From Octopus sinensis (lineage: Eukaryota), in the NCBI RefSeq assembly GCF_006345805.1, contig NW_021836998.1, positions 1 to 22,149 of the forward strand: a stretch of 22,149 nucleotides of DNA. Direction: 5' to 3'. This document shows, one piece after another, positions 10,980-21,080 of this stretch; position 1 is the first letter of the stretch, and each line of letters starts with the position of its first letter. The position numbers and the translations under genes were made by a program. Below the pieces are notes generated by a model that did not search any database, was not told the DNA's origin, and saw only the letters and a list, made by a program, of their open reading frames with translations.

Positions 10980-10983
<4 letters not shown>
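10750..10983. mobile_element. foldback/MITE-like element with ~54-bp terminal inverted repeats within (TA)n
   Basis: 10750-10803 is the reverse complement of 10930-10983 apart from about 3 differences in homopolymers. Internal 15-bp perfect hairpin at 10807-10841. Confidence 0.8.
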
Positions 10984-11014
<31 letters not shown>

Positions 11015-11109
11015 TGTGTGAAATTTGATTTAGTATTTCTAAATTGAATTTTTTTCCTTGTAAGTTTTGGATTTTATTCCCTCAATATTAATTATATATA
11101 TATATATAT

Positions 11110-11487
11110 ATATACATACATACATGTATATGTGTATATAAGCAAGTATGCATACGTATATATATATACATACATACATACATACGTACATACATACATA
11201 CACACATACACACATACATACATACAAACATACATACATACATACAAACATACATACATACATACATTCATACACACACACATACATACATACACACACA
11301 TACATACATACATACATACTACATACATGCATACATTCATACATACATACATACATACATACATACATTCACACATACATACATACATACATAGATACAT
11401 ACATACATACATACATACATACATACATACATACATACATACATACATACATACATACATACATAGATGTATGCAGGCATACATACA
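11110..11487. repeat. long (TACA)n microsatellite
   Basis: Source of the HTYI/MYVC ORFs. Confidence 0.95.
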
Positions 11488-11493
11488 ATGGTT

Positions 11494-11770
11494 GTGCACA
11501 TGATCTCGTTCCCGCTCCCCATAAACAGTTCTGCATTTGTATCCCGCAACGATTTCTAATCCTTTTAATGAGTACCCACGTTCCACCCACTCTTGTTTCC
11601 ATATTACTGGGGCGTGTCAGGGTGGCGGGTGTCCGCTGCAGTAATATAGGTTATGGGCGAGGTGTAGTGTGTTTATCTACGGCAAGATCTTCGATAGTCA
11701 TCGATAGGTTTAAAGGTTAACAGGAATGGCTCTCCTCTTGAACATTGGATAATAAGCGGAAACACAAAAG
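11494..11770 (+). mobile_element. unidentified repeat D, copy 2
   Basis: Inverted match to 3985-4281. A short aataataat follows shortly downstream. Confidence 0.75.
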
Positions 11771-11819
11771 TATTTTCATAGAAATAATAATGTTGTTGTT
11801 CATCATAAAAACTCCTGTG

Positions 11820-12030
11820 ATGAAGAGGAGGAGGGGGAGGAGGAGAAAGAGGGGAGAAAATTGAGGAGGGGAGGAGAGGACGTGCAGAGCAGGAATAGGA
11901 GGAGAGGAGTGACAGGGAAGGAAAGAGGTAGGAAAGAAAAACAGGAAGAAAAATAGGGGAACGGGGAAGATGAGGAAGAACAAGAAAACAGAAGAGGCGG
12001 AGTAGGAGAAGGAGCGGTGGAGGGGGGTGT
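11820..12030. repeat. purine-rich (GAG/GAA) low-complexity tract
   Basis: Almost exclusively A/G on the + strand. Confidence 0.8.
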
Positions 12031-12084
12031 GAAGGTAATTAATTGGTGGTCGAGATAAATGATGTTGCACACATTCACTAGTGT

Positions 12085-12330
12085 TGATGGTGTCTGGGTT
12101 CAATTCCACAGTGGGGCACTTTGGACAAGTGTCTTCTAGCATTGAACCAACCTAAGCCTTGTGAATGAATTTGGTAAACGGAAACTGAAAGAAGCCTGTC
12201 GTATATATAATATATATATACATATATGTATGTATATTTATGTATGTGCCTTTGTGCCTGTGTTTGTCCCCATCACCACCGCATGACAACCAGTGTTCGT
12301 GTGTTTGCGTGTCCTTGACTTTGCGGTTCA
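12085..12330 (+). mobile_element. partial SINE A (older subfamily)
   Basis: Shares the diagnostic variants ttccacagtg..gcactttggacaag and tttgcgtgtcctt.actttgcggttcag with the split copy at 9826-10640. Confidence 0.75.
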
Positions 12331-12387
12331 GTACAAGGCCCATCTTAGAAGTTGCTGGCCTTGTGCGAAAACTTAGAAAGCATTATT

Positions 12388-13057
12388 TTGCCCGTTTGAT
12401 TTTCATTTTATTTAATTTTCCTGTCGGATCTCAGCCAGAGACCTAAGGCACGTATATATTAGGTGGGGAGAAAATTCTTGAGGAGATGGACTGTTGATTT
12501 CAGTACAACTTTTCGAACCCCTTAGATTGCTGGTTTCCCTGGGATCTGGTCAAAAACGTTTTTGATTCCTTTCTTGATGATTCTCAGGGCACCCACAACA
12601 AGGATGGTTTTGGATTTTAAGTTGCCATATTCTAGATATCTCAATCTCAAGGTCCTTGTATTTCGATAGTTTCTGAGATTCTTTCGCTGAGATGTTTTTG
12701 TCACCATCACATCAATTATTAAGCGCGCATCTCCTTTTCTTAAGTCTTTGATGACGATGTCTAAGGTCTTTAACGACGAGACAGAGACTATGGACGCCTG
12801 ATTTTGGCTGATGCGTCTTATTTAATGTCAGCACTCTCCTGATCTTTAAGTCCATACGTTCGAGTTCACTAAAATTCCAATTAATGGCATTAAGTCTATA
12901 CTGAACAACTGGTACCGGCAGGGACTTCAATTCTGCGAGTTCAGGCCAGTATTCAAGATCATTCTAACACGTCAAGAATATTCTTTCCTTGTCTCTTTCA
13001 TTCACACGCGCTGAATCCTTTTCCCTTCGTTTACTCCAAGATATTTATAAAAACCTT
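12388..13057 (-). pseudogene. R4/Dong-type non-LTR fragment a (5'-truncated, internally deleted)
   Basis: FYKYLGVNEG (late RT motif), LPVPVVQYRLNAINWNFSELERMDLKIRRVLTLNKTHQPKS, then directly (RP)DIVIKD..LIIDV, NISAKESQKLSKYKDLEIEISRIWQ and VVGALRIIKKG, followed by a 3' UTR. Confidence 0.85.
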
Positions 13058-13060
13058 ACC

Positions 13061-13094
<34 letters not shown>

Positions 13095-13172
13095 TATTAT
13101 TATTATTATTATTATCATCATCATCATTATCATCATCATCATCAGTAGGAGGAGGAGGAGGAGGGGGGAGGG

Positions 13173-13274
13173 GGAGGAGAGCAGGCCAAATTGTTAGCAC
13201 ACCTTGAGTACCAGTTGAGTACTGGGGTCGATGTAATCGACTAATCTCCCCCTGCCAAATTTCAGGCCTTGTGC

Positions 13275-13275
<1 letters not shown>
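13173..13275 (+). mobile_element. internally deleted SINE B
   Basis: Head-like ggaggagagcaggccaaattgttagcac joined to gagtaccagttgagtactggggtcgatgtaatcgact...ggccttgtgcc. Confidence 0.7.

Positions 13276-13340
<65 letters not shown>
13276..13340. repeat. (ATC)n tract, the (GAT)n tail of Dong fragment b
   Basis: Perfect triplet run. Confidence 0.92.
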
Positions 13341-13827
13341 TTTCATTACCATCTTCTTCCAGTTCTGTTTCCTGCCGAGTGTCTTCCAGATACCTAGGGC
13401 AGAGAAACGTACTGTATACATTGGTAGGCCATTAAAATAAACTCATCAGATTGTTCATTTACAAAGTCATTTGATAGAGAAAAAGGGGGAAGAAGGATAG
13501 AGAGAAAAACTAAAAAATGAAAAATAAAAAAGTGAACATATAAAAATATAGGGGGGGGGAGAGAAAATTCACAGCGACAGTCTTCTCTTCTCACTACGTG
13601 TGACCAGTTACCAGTTAAGACATTCTTTTCCCAGGGATCATCCTCAAGTAATTTTCAGTTCCTTTTTTGGATCATTCCAAGTGCTCCTACAATCACTGGT
13701 ATTCTAACCGTCTTGAGATGCCGCATCTTTTCCATTTCAATCAGCAAATCTTTATATTTTCTGAGCTTATCAAATTCCTTTGCCGAGATACTCTGGTCAC
13801 AGGGTAATGCTCATGTCAATCAATAGA
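13341..13827 (-). pseudogene. R4/Dong-type fragment b (endonuclease C-terminus plus long 3' UTR)
   Basis: LLIDMS.PCDQSISAKEFDKLRKYKDLLIEMEKMRHLKTVRIPVIVGALGMIQ...ENYLRMIPG...LSL* (stop at 13569-13571). 3' UTR motif at 13373-13401. Confidence 0.85.
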
Positions 13828-13836
13828 ATTATTATT

Positions 13837-13905
<69 letters not shown>

Positions 13906-13908
<3 letters not shown>

Positions 13909-15079
13909 TAGTTTTATTTTTATAGCGTGCTTTCACTTCACTACCGAGCACAGCTCTGTGTGCCTTGGGTATGTGATGTGATTTGTTGTGATGCTCTGAT
14001 GGTTATTGTATGGAAAGTGTTCTGCGTAGGATGTGTGCAGTGCCTAGTAGTGCAATTTTCTGTATGTTATATGTGTTTGTAAGTCCTGGTGTTTTGTTAT
14101 GTATTTGTCTGAATATTATTTTATCATGCCTAATGCACCTACTATGATAGGAATTGTTTCTGTTTTCAGGTTCCACATTCTAGTTATCTCTATTTCCAGG
14201 TCTTTGTATTTTGAGAGTTTCTCCATTTCTTTTAGAGACACGTTGTCATCTGCCGGTATTGATACATCAATTAGAAAGCATTTTTTTTCTCATGATCTCT
14301 GACAACTATATCTGGTCTGTTGGCCTTAATTTCTCTATCTGTGTGTATCGGCATATCCCAGAGTATGGTTGCTTTCTCGTTTTCTGTGACCTTTTCTGGT
14401 GTGTGCCTATACCATCTTTTTCTGTTGTTATTCCATAATGTTGGCATAGCTTCCAATGTATGTAGGTTCCAACTCTGTCATGTCTGTGAATATATTCCTT
14501 CTTAGCTAGGACTGGGCAGCCAGAGATAATATGATTTATTGTTTCTTGTCCATCTCCACATATTCTGCAGTTACTTGTAATATTTCTTTTCATTACATGT
14601 TTTTGGTAATTCTGGTGGGGAGGCTTTGGTCTTGTGCTGCAATTAAAAATCCCTCTGTTTCTGCTTTGAGTCCTGAGCTTCTCAACCATTGCTGGGATTT
14701 TTCTTTGTCTATTTCTTTTGCGTTTAGTTTAGTGCAGTATTTACCATGAAGGGGCTTTTCTTGCCATCGTTTTATCATGGCTCGTTGCTGTTCTATTTTT
14801 AGTTTGGATTTCATTTGTTTTATAGCTTTTGTTGTTTCTTCATCATCTTCTTCTTCTTCTTTGTGTTTATTAGGTGGTATGATTTCTTGTTTGTATTTGT
14901 CAGCTTCCTTAAATACTGAGAACAGTTTTGTTTTGCTCGTGTTTTGCTGCTATCTGGATCAGTTTTCCTTCCTTCTGAAGTAGATATTTTTGCAGTCCTA
15001 TGGTGGTTATTTTATAGTAGTTTTCCAGCTGTATAAGGCCTCTACCACCTTCTATACGTTGTATATATAGTCTTTCTAT
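13906..15079 (-). pseudogene. R4/Dong-type fragment c (thumb, CCHC zinc knuckle, PD..D endonuclease, 97-nt 3' UTR), 5'-truncated, between (TAA)n tracts
   Basis: IERLYIQRIEGGRGL, WQEKPLHGKY, QWLRSSGLKAETEGFLIAAQDQSLPTR, CRICGDGQETINHIISGC, RHDRVGTYIHWKLC, NRPDIVVRD, CFLIDVSIPADDNVSLKEMEKLSKYKDLEIEITRMW and LRRTLSIQ* (stop at 14003-14005). Several frameshifts. (ATT)n lies at 13828-13905 and 15080-15143. Confidence 0.92.
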
Positions 15080-15143
15080 ATTATTATTATTATTATATTA
15101 TTATTATATTATTATTATTATTTTATTATTATATTATTATTAT

Positions 15144-15697
15144 GAGTGAGAGAGAGCAGTGCATGCCATCAAAGTGACACTGGGTGAAAACTACGAAGCC
15201 CAGTATACCCATCATGACTACCCGTCTGATAAGGGTACACTAGGCACATGCATCACAACCATGTGGCGCGACATGGTGATCTCATATCAAAAAACAGCAC
15301 ATGACCTTGCAGGTGGGTCCCAGTTAGAACTTTCTTCAGGTTGAGTAGCCCATCCCTCTCAAACGGTCCTGAATAAGGGTTGTTTACGGACGTTGAAAGA
15401 ACCACCCATGTTTCCAGAGGTGAATTATTAAAACCCCAAGAATCCCTCTCAACAACATGGCTATGATGCTCCCCCACTACTTCTGCTCGTGATCAGAGAT
15501 GCACATATCGTCAGCCACTAGGACATGCTCAACTGGTTAAGGTCAAAAACAACTGACAAGCAAATCTGTGGTATTGAGCAGAATATTTGCTGTAGCCCAT
15601 CTTTTATACCAAGACAAAACAATGTACTTGATAACACTTCCAATCAGTTAAGATGAGAAGCCATGAGAGCCACTGCCTGGTACTGCATCAGGGCATT
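15144..15697 (-). mobile_element. unidentified non-coding repeat C, copy 2 (~555 bp), flanked by (ATT)n
   Basis: Colinear with 2965-3461. No recognisable protein motif and no Pol III A/B boxes seen. Confidence 0.85.
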
Positions 15698-15720
15698 TAT
15701 TATTATTATTATTATTATTA

Positions 15721-15763
<43 letters not shown>

Positions 15764-15764
<1 letters not shown>

Positions 15765-15813
15765 GCAGCAGCAGCAGCAGCAGTTCCTACAGTAGCAGCA
15801 ATAGAAGCTACAA

Positions 15814-15885
<72 letters not shown>

Positions 15886-16715
15886 CAGCAGCAGCAGCAG
15901 CAGAAGCAACAGCAGTAGTTGTAGTAGTAGTAGTGGTGGTGGTGGTGGTGGTGGCAGTAACAGTGGTAGTAGTAGTAGCAGTAGTAGTATGTTAATCATC
16001 ATCATCACTATCATCATCGTCGCCATCGTTATTGTTTTTCTGGGACCTACGATGATTATAATTCTCATGAAGGCAAAGATGCTGACGTGGGCGAGGATGA
16101 TTAAGATGTTGCTGATGATAATGATAACGATGCTGACGATGATGATGTTGATGATGATGATGTTGATGATTGTGATGAACATCAGGATGATTATGATTAA
16201 TAATACTAATTGTGATGATAATGATGATGATGATGATTCTGATAATCATGAAATTAACTCTAATGAGATTTTACGTGCCAGATTAATGACAATTGCAAAC
16301 CATCACCATCACCACCACCATCATCATCATCATTGCAATCACTATCGTTGTCGCCGCCGCCGCCGCCGCCATCGATCTCATCATCGTCATCGTCATCGTC
16401 ATCACTAACAACAACAACACAAGCAAAAGCAACGATGATATTCGTCGACCTCATTATTATCATCATCAACATCAACAACATCAACAAACATGTACAACAA
16501 TAACAGTTGCAACAACATCATTATTATCATCATCATCATCATCATCATCATCAGCATCAGCATCATCATCATCGTCCACAGCATCAACAACGACAACAAC
16601 AACGTATTGATATTCTCTCTGTCGGTTTCCTGAGTCAGCCATTAGTCATCCGTGATGTCACATTGATCTCAACATCGCTCTCTTCGTTCTTGTTAGTTGT
16701 TGTTTACATCAGCAT

Positions 16716-16750
<35 letters not shown>

Positions 16751-17225
16751 CTACTGCTGTTGTTGTTGTTGTTGTTGATTTAATCGCTCTAATCGATGTC
16801 GCCGATGATGTTTCATAGTTTGACGATTTTCATCGTCAAACTATTTGACGCGGTTGGTAGATTGTGGTTTAACTACGTCGTACCCTGTTACACAGCATCG
16901 GTAGTGGTGGTCGTGGTGATGTTGGTATGGAGCAGTGTTGACGGTGATGGTAGTGGTGGTGGTGGTGGTGGTGGTGGTGGTCATGTTGGCGTCGGCAGTG
17001 TTGATCATCGTGTTGTTGATGGTGTGTGACGGCTGCCATCGTCGTCATCGTATTTCTGGTGGTCGTGGTCATTCAGAGGTAGTTGTGGTGGTGATGGTTG
17101 TTGAGATCGTGGGGATGGCGACGGTGATAGTCATGGTGGTGGTGCTGGTGGTGCTGGTGGTGCTGGTGCTGATGGTGCTGATGGTGCTGATGGTGCTGGT
17201 GCTGGGGATGGTAGTTTTGGTGACG
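15764..17225. repeat. ~1.45-kb compound triplet repeat (AGC, AGT, GGT, ATC, GAT, CAT/CAC, CAA, GTT, GGT/GCT blocks)
   Basis: Visible blocks. Source of the homopolymeric ORFs. Confidence 0.9.
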
Positions 17226-17522
17226 TTGTTGTGTAACTCCATGTCTATCCAAAACAAGCGGACCTGTGGACGGAACACATGTAGTCCGCCGAATGGCCAC
17301 GGGTGACCTACAAGTGCTCCTCCCTGTTATGCTAAATCCTTTCCCTTCTTCATCACATAAAGGACTTTATTTCACACATCTTGTAATGACACAAGAGAAT
17401 TTTTTTCTCATTCATACCTTTTTATTCTATTTCAGATACTTACATGGTAGGGTGGGGCTACATATCACCCATTCCTTGAAGGGATCAACGATACAAGACG
17501 TTTACCAAATTATGGTCTACGA

Positions 17523-17844
17523 CAGTGGTTCTCAATCGGGATCCATATGACCCTTGGGAGTCCATGGAAGACCCCTGGGGGTCCACGCAAGCAAAATAGT
17601 AAGCTGGAGATCTACAGTTGTAACTTGAGGGTCCCTGAAAGAAATGTTGGGTTTGGTGTATTTATTGCAGGAAACAGCTAGGTTTCTTTCTCTGTCTTAG
17701 TCCAACCTACACACGTGAATGTTTGACAAAGTAATTTTGAAAGAAATATCTATAAAACTAATTTATAAACACTTAATGGTTATAAGTGTCCACCAGTATA
17801 AAATAGTAATCAAAGGGGTCCAAAGAAATGGTTGCGAACCACTG
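17523..17844. mobile_element. non-autonomous hAT-type MITE, 322 bp
   Basis: TIRs are CAGTGGTTCTCAATC and reverse-complement CAGTGGTTCGCAACC (13/15). The 8-bp flanks gtctacga and gtccacag (5/8) resemble the GTCTAGAC-type hAT target. Confidence 0.85.
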
Positions 17845-18024
17845 GTCCACAGCAATGAATACCTTTTAATGCATGTCCTCCAGCGTCTATATAGGAGCGG
17901 TTCTGGTTTCCTTCTTAATTCCTCGATGAAATGCGTTCCAGGGTGGGTTTTTTTTTTACTTCTTTTTCAGTTTTTATAAATGGTTTTGCTTTCTTCACTA
18001 ATGGATGAATATGTTGTAATGAAA

Positions 18025-18244
18025 ATTGGTTTGAAATGTTGACACAAGGCCAGCAATTGTGAACAGTGGCGCAAGTCGATTTCATTCATCCCGAGTGCTT
18101 AATGGGTACTTGTTTTCCAGACCCCGAAAGGATGAAAGGCGAAGTCGACCCCCCGGTGGCATTTCAACTCAGAATGTAAAGACGGAACAAATGCCGCTAT
18201 GCAATTTTTCCGGCGCGATGACGATCCTGCCAGCTCACCGCCTT
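18025..18244 (-). mobile_element. tRNA-derived SINE family B
   Basis: Minus strand aaggcggtgagctggcaggatcg (A-box-like), gagttgaaatgcc (B-box-like), gtcgacttcgcctttcatcctttcggggtc and tail tgctggccttgtgtc. Confidence 0.85.
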
Positions 18245-18262
18245 AGTAAGTTGCAACATTGT

Positions 18263-18482
18263 ATTGGTTTCAAGTTTTGGCACAAGGCCAGCGGTTTCGG
18301 GGGAGGTGGTAAGTCGATTACATCGACCGCAGTGTTCAACTGACACTTCTTTTATCGCCCGGAAATGATGGAAAGCAAAGTCCACCTCGGCAGCATTTGA
18401 ACTCAGTATGTAACGTCGAAAGAAATGCCCCTAAGTATTCTATCCGGCGTGCAGACGATTCCTACCGGCACGCCGTCACCTT
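18263..18482 (-). mobile_element. SINE family B, head-to-tail with the previous copy
   Basis: Same architecture, with gagttcaaatgc B-box and gtcgatgtaatcgac hairpin. Confidence 0.85.
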
Positions 18483-18638
18483 TATAGTTTGATGATAATT
18501 TGCAGAAGGTGAGAGGGCAGCTGGGCAATTGTCTGTATCGTGGTTGTAGTGGCCAGATGTGGAGAGCAGAAAGCATTGTCTCTAAAAGAATAAATTCGTG
18601 AAGATAGGTGTGCAAATTTCTGACGGAAAGAATACAAA

Positions 18639-19094
18639 CTTAAGATCAGTTCAAATATGTATGAAGGATATTTGAACGTGTTATAGCTTTTCACTGCAGA
18701 GAGTAGCGAAGAAGAATTCCCTCCTCGACAAAGTGCAGTGAAAAGATTATAATACCTCTCAAACATATTTGAACTAATTTTAAATTTCTATTTTTATCGT
18801 CACGGGTTCCTGTACAAACTCACATAAGTTCTGACCTGGCGGCAAATATGCACCGGCAGTCTTTGATAATGACTGATTTACAATAAACGAAGTAAAGTTT
18901 TCTAGTCAGCTCAGAATTGCATCTTTTAGTATCTGGTGCTGAAGAGAACTAACGACTTAGAAATGAGTTTTCTGCTGACTAGTCCGTTTTAAAACAATTA
19001 TTATCTCAAGCGATAGTTTTCCTCCGCAACAAATTGCAAAGAAAACCCTTTACAGGTTAGAATATCTTTCAGGTATATTTGAACTGATCTCAAG
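18639..19094. mobile_element. candidate foldback/MITE with nested inverted repeats
   Basis: agatcagttcaaatat (18643-18658) pairs perfectly with 19075-19090. The match extends to about 46 bp at about 80% by manual count. Confidence 0.6.
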
Positions 19095-19635
19095 ATTAGT
19101 TGTTGCTAATTGGATGAGGTATGTATGCGTATTAGTACGGACTGCTAAAGCAGTGTATGGAAGCCTTGTTGTTGCAATGTTGTTACGTTAGCTCTGCTTT
19201 TATTTGAAAGCAGCGAAGTCTTGATGAAGTCCCTGCTTATGTTTGTATAGGGTGTGTGTACAAGTATATATATATATATATATATATTTTATATTATATA
19301 GAGGGCATTATTACATATAAATGCCTCACACTAAGAGGGACATAAGTCATTACTACCAAAAATTTCACTAATCATACCCAATGCAGTTTTTCAAAGCAAG
19401 ACATTTAAAAAATGAATTTAGTCCTATATCACCTGCGATTTCGCACTCACCGCATAAAAAATGCGTCTATGCTCATCGGTAGGACTGATTCTGAACACAT
19501 CATAAATAAACGACCAACACCGTCGAAGTCGAACAGGCAACTGCTCTCTCCGGCGACGCACATGGAGATGTTTATAAATCATATATTCGGTAAATGGCGG
19601 GCTTTTTCGAACTGCATTTCGGATAGGAAGTTTTT

Positions 19636-19643
<8 letters not shown>

Positions 19644-19697
<54 letters not shown>
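19644..19697. repeat. (TG)n microsatellite
   Basis: Perfect run. Confidence 0.93.
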
Positions 19698-19698
<1 letters not shown>

Positions 19699-19979
19699 AT
19701 TTATGTGCCTATGTTTGCATAACGTGTGAAATTCATTACACTGTAAGGTATGCGTGTGTGCACCTGTATGTGTGTATGTGCGTGTGTATGTGCGAATGAG
19801 TGACAAGGGGATTGGTTGATTGAGTGGACAAAAGAGTAATCGAGTGAGTAAATAACTTATTGAGAAAGAGAAGGGAGTTTACAGTTTGTTGTTGTTATTG
19901 TTGTTATCTCTCTTGCTCTTATTGTCGTCACTCTTAGCCTTGTTTCTATTGTTTCTGCCGTCATTGTCATCGCTGCTCT

Positions 19980-20025
19980 TAAGGCGACGAGCTGGAGTAG
20001 TCGTTAGCACGTCGAACAAAACGCA
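19980..20025 (+). mobile_element. SINE B 5' head fragment
   Basis: aaggcgacgagctggagtagtcgttagcacgtcgaacaaaacgc matches the B head. Confidence 0.6.
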
Positions 20026-20584
20026 CTTGAAACCGGTGCCAAAAAAATCCACGGTTCGATACCGGTCTGCCACCACGTGGTTGGGTCCCCTTCGTACTTT
20101 GAACTCTATCTTTGTACTTCCATTGATGCTGTTATGAAGACTAGAGTCATTCAGTTTTGCTATACAACTCTTAAACTAGGTGAAGCGATGCCACGATATC
20201 CCTCTTGATATCAATATTGACGTGAAACCCGGGTTGATAAAAACTACCCTGATTGCATGTCATCCAGCCTCAGTAACATCTGTAACCGATATTACGGTTT
20301 TGTGGTTACCGGAGCCAGTCGGTGTGGGTACCGACAGGGTAACTGTGAGTGTGTATGGATGTATGGATATACACTCACACACAGGCAAAAACACGGAAGT
20401 GGATGTATACACAGACATATATGTTTGCATATGTGTATAACGAACATGTGCTGATAGGCGTGTGTGTATGTGCGTCTATATGTTCATATATGTGTTTGTG
20501 AGAATGCATGCATATAAACATGTGCTTATATACGTATATAAGTATATACACCAATATATAAACGTGTATGTGTGTGTGTATGAG

Positions 20585-20986
20585 TTCTTTTATACTTTTA
20601 CTTGTTTCAGTCTCTTGGTTGTGGTCATGCTGGAGCAACACGTTTTAATCGAAGAAACCGATGCCAGGGTTTATTCTGTGTAAGCCTGGTACTTACTCTA
20701 TCAGTCGCTTTTGCCGAACCACTAAGTTACGGGGACATAAACACGCCAGCATCGGTTATCAAATGATGGTGGGGAGACAAACACAGACATAAAGACGCAC
20801 ACATAAATATATACATACATATATGCACGGCGGGCTTCTTTCAGTTTCCGTCTACCAAATCTACTTACAAGGCTTTGGTCGGCCCAAGGCCACAGCAGAA
20901 GACACTTGGCCAAGGTACCACACAGTGGGACTGAACACGAGACCATATGATTGGAAAGCAAGTTTCTTGGTACACAGTCTCGCCTA
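20585..20986 (-). mobile_element. SINE family A
   Basis: Colinear with the other A copies. Confidence 0.9.
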
Positions 20987-21012
20987 CCTTATGTGTGTGT
21001 ATGAATGTGTTG

Positions 21013-21014
<2 letters not shown>

Positions 21015-21078
<64 letters not shown>
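21015..21078. repeat. (TA)n microsatellite
   Basis: Perfect run. Confidence 0.96.

Positions 21079-21080
<2 letters not shown>

Noticed and set aside
11620-11640. ggcgggtgtcc resembling a vertebrate 7SK segment
   Set aside because: Only an 11-nt match, without the GAUC motifs or the 5' stem.
13405-13450. CTGATGA on the minus strand in the Dong b 3' UTR as a second hammerhead
   Set aside because: No stem II closes onto a properly placed GAAA.
15560-15697. HDV-like or hammerhead ribozyme at the 5' end of element C (CTGATGC near the end, CTGACGA further inside)
   Set aside because: By eye there is no P1'-GG/P3/J4-2 arrangement and no GAAA core. A formal motif search is still worthwhile.
17435-17451. 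atacttacatggtaggg resembling the U1 snRNA 5' end
   Set aside because: Similarity stops after 17 nt, the ACCUG splice-pairing motif is altered, and no stem-loops or Sm site follow.
20310-20342. Possible 33-nt minus-strand micro-exon (YPVGTHTDWLR) bounded by AG/GT
   Set aside because: No polypyrimidine tract, a mediocre donor and no recognisable homology, so chance is likely.
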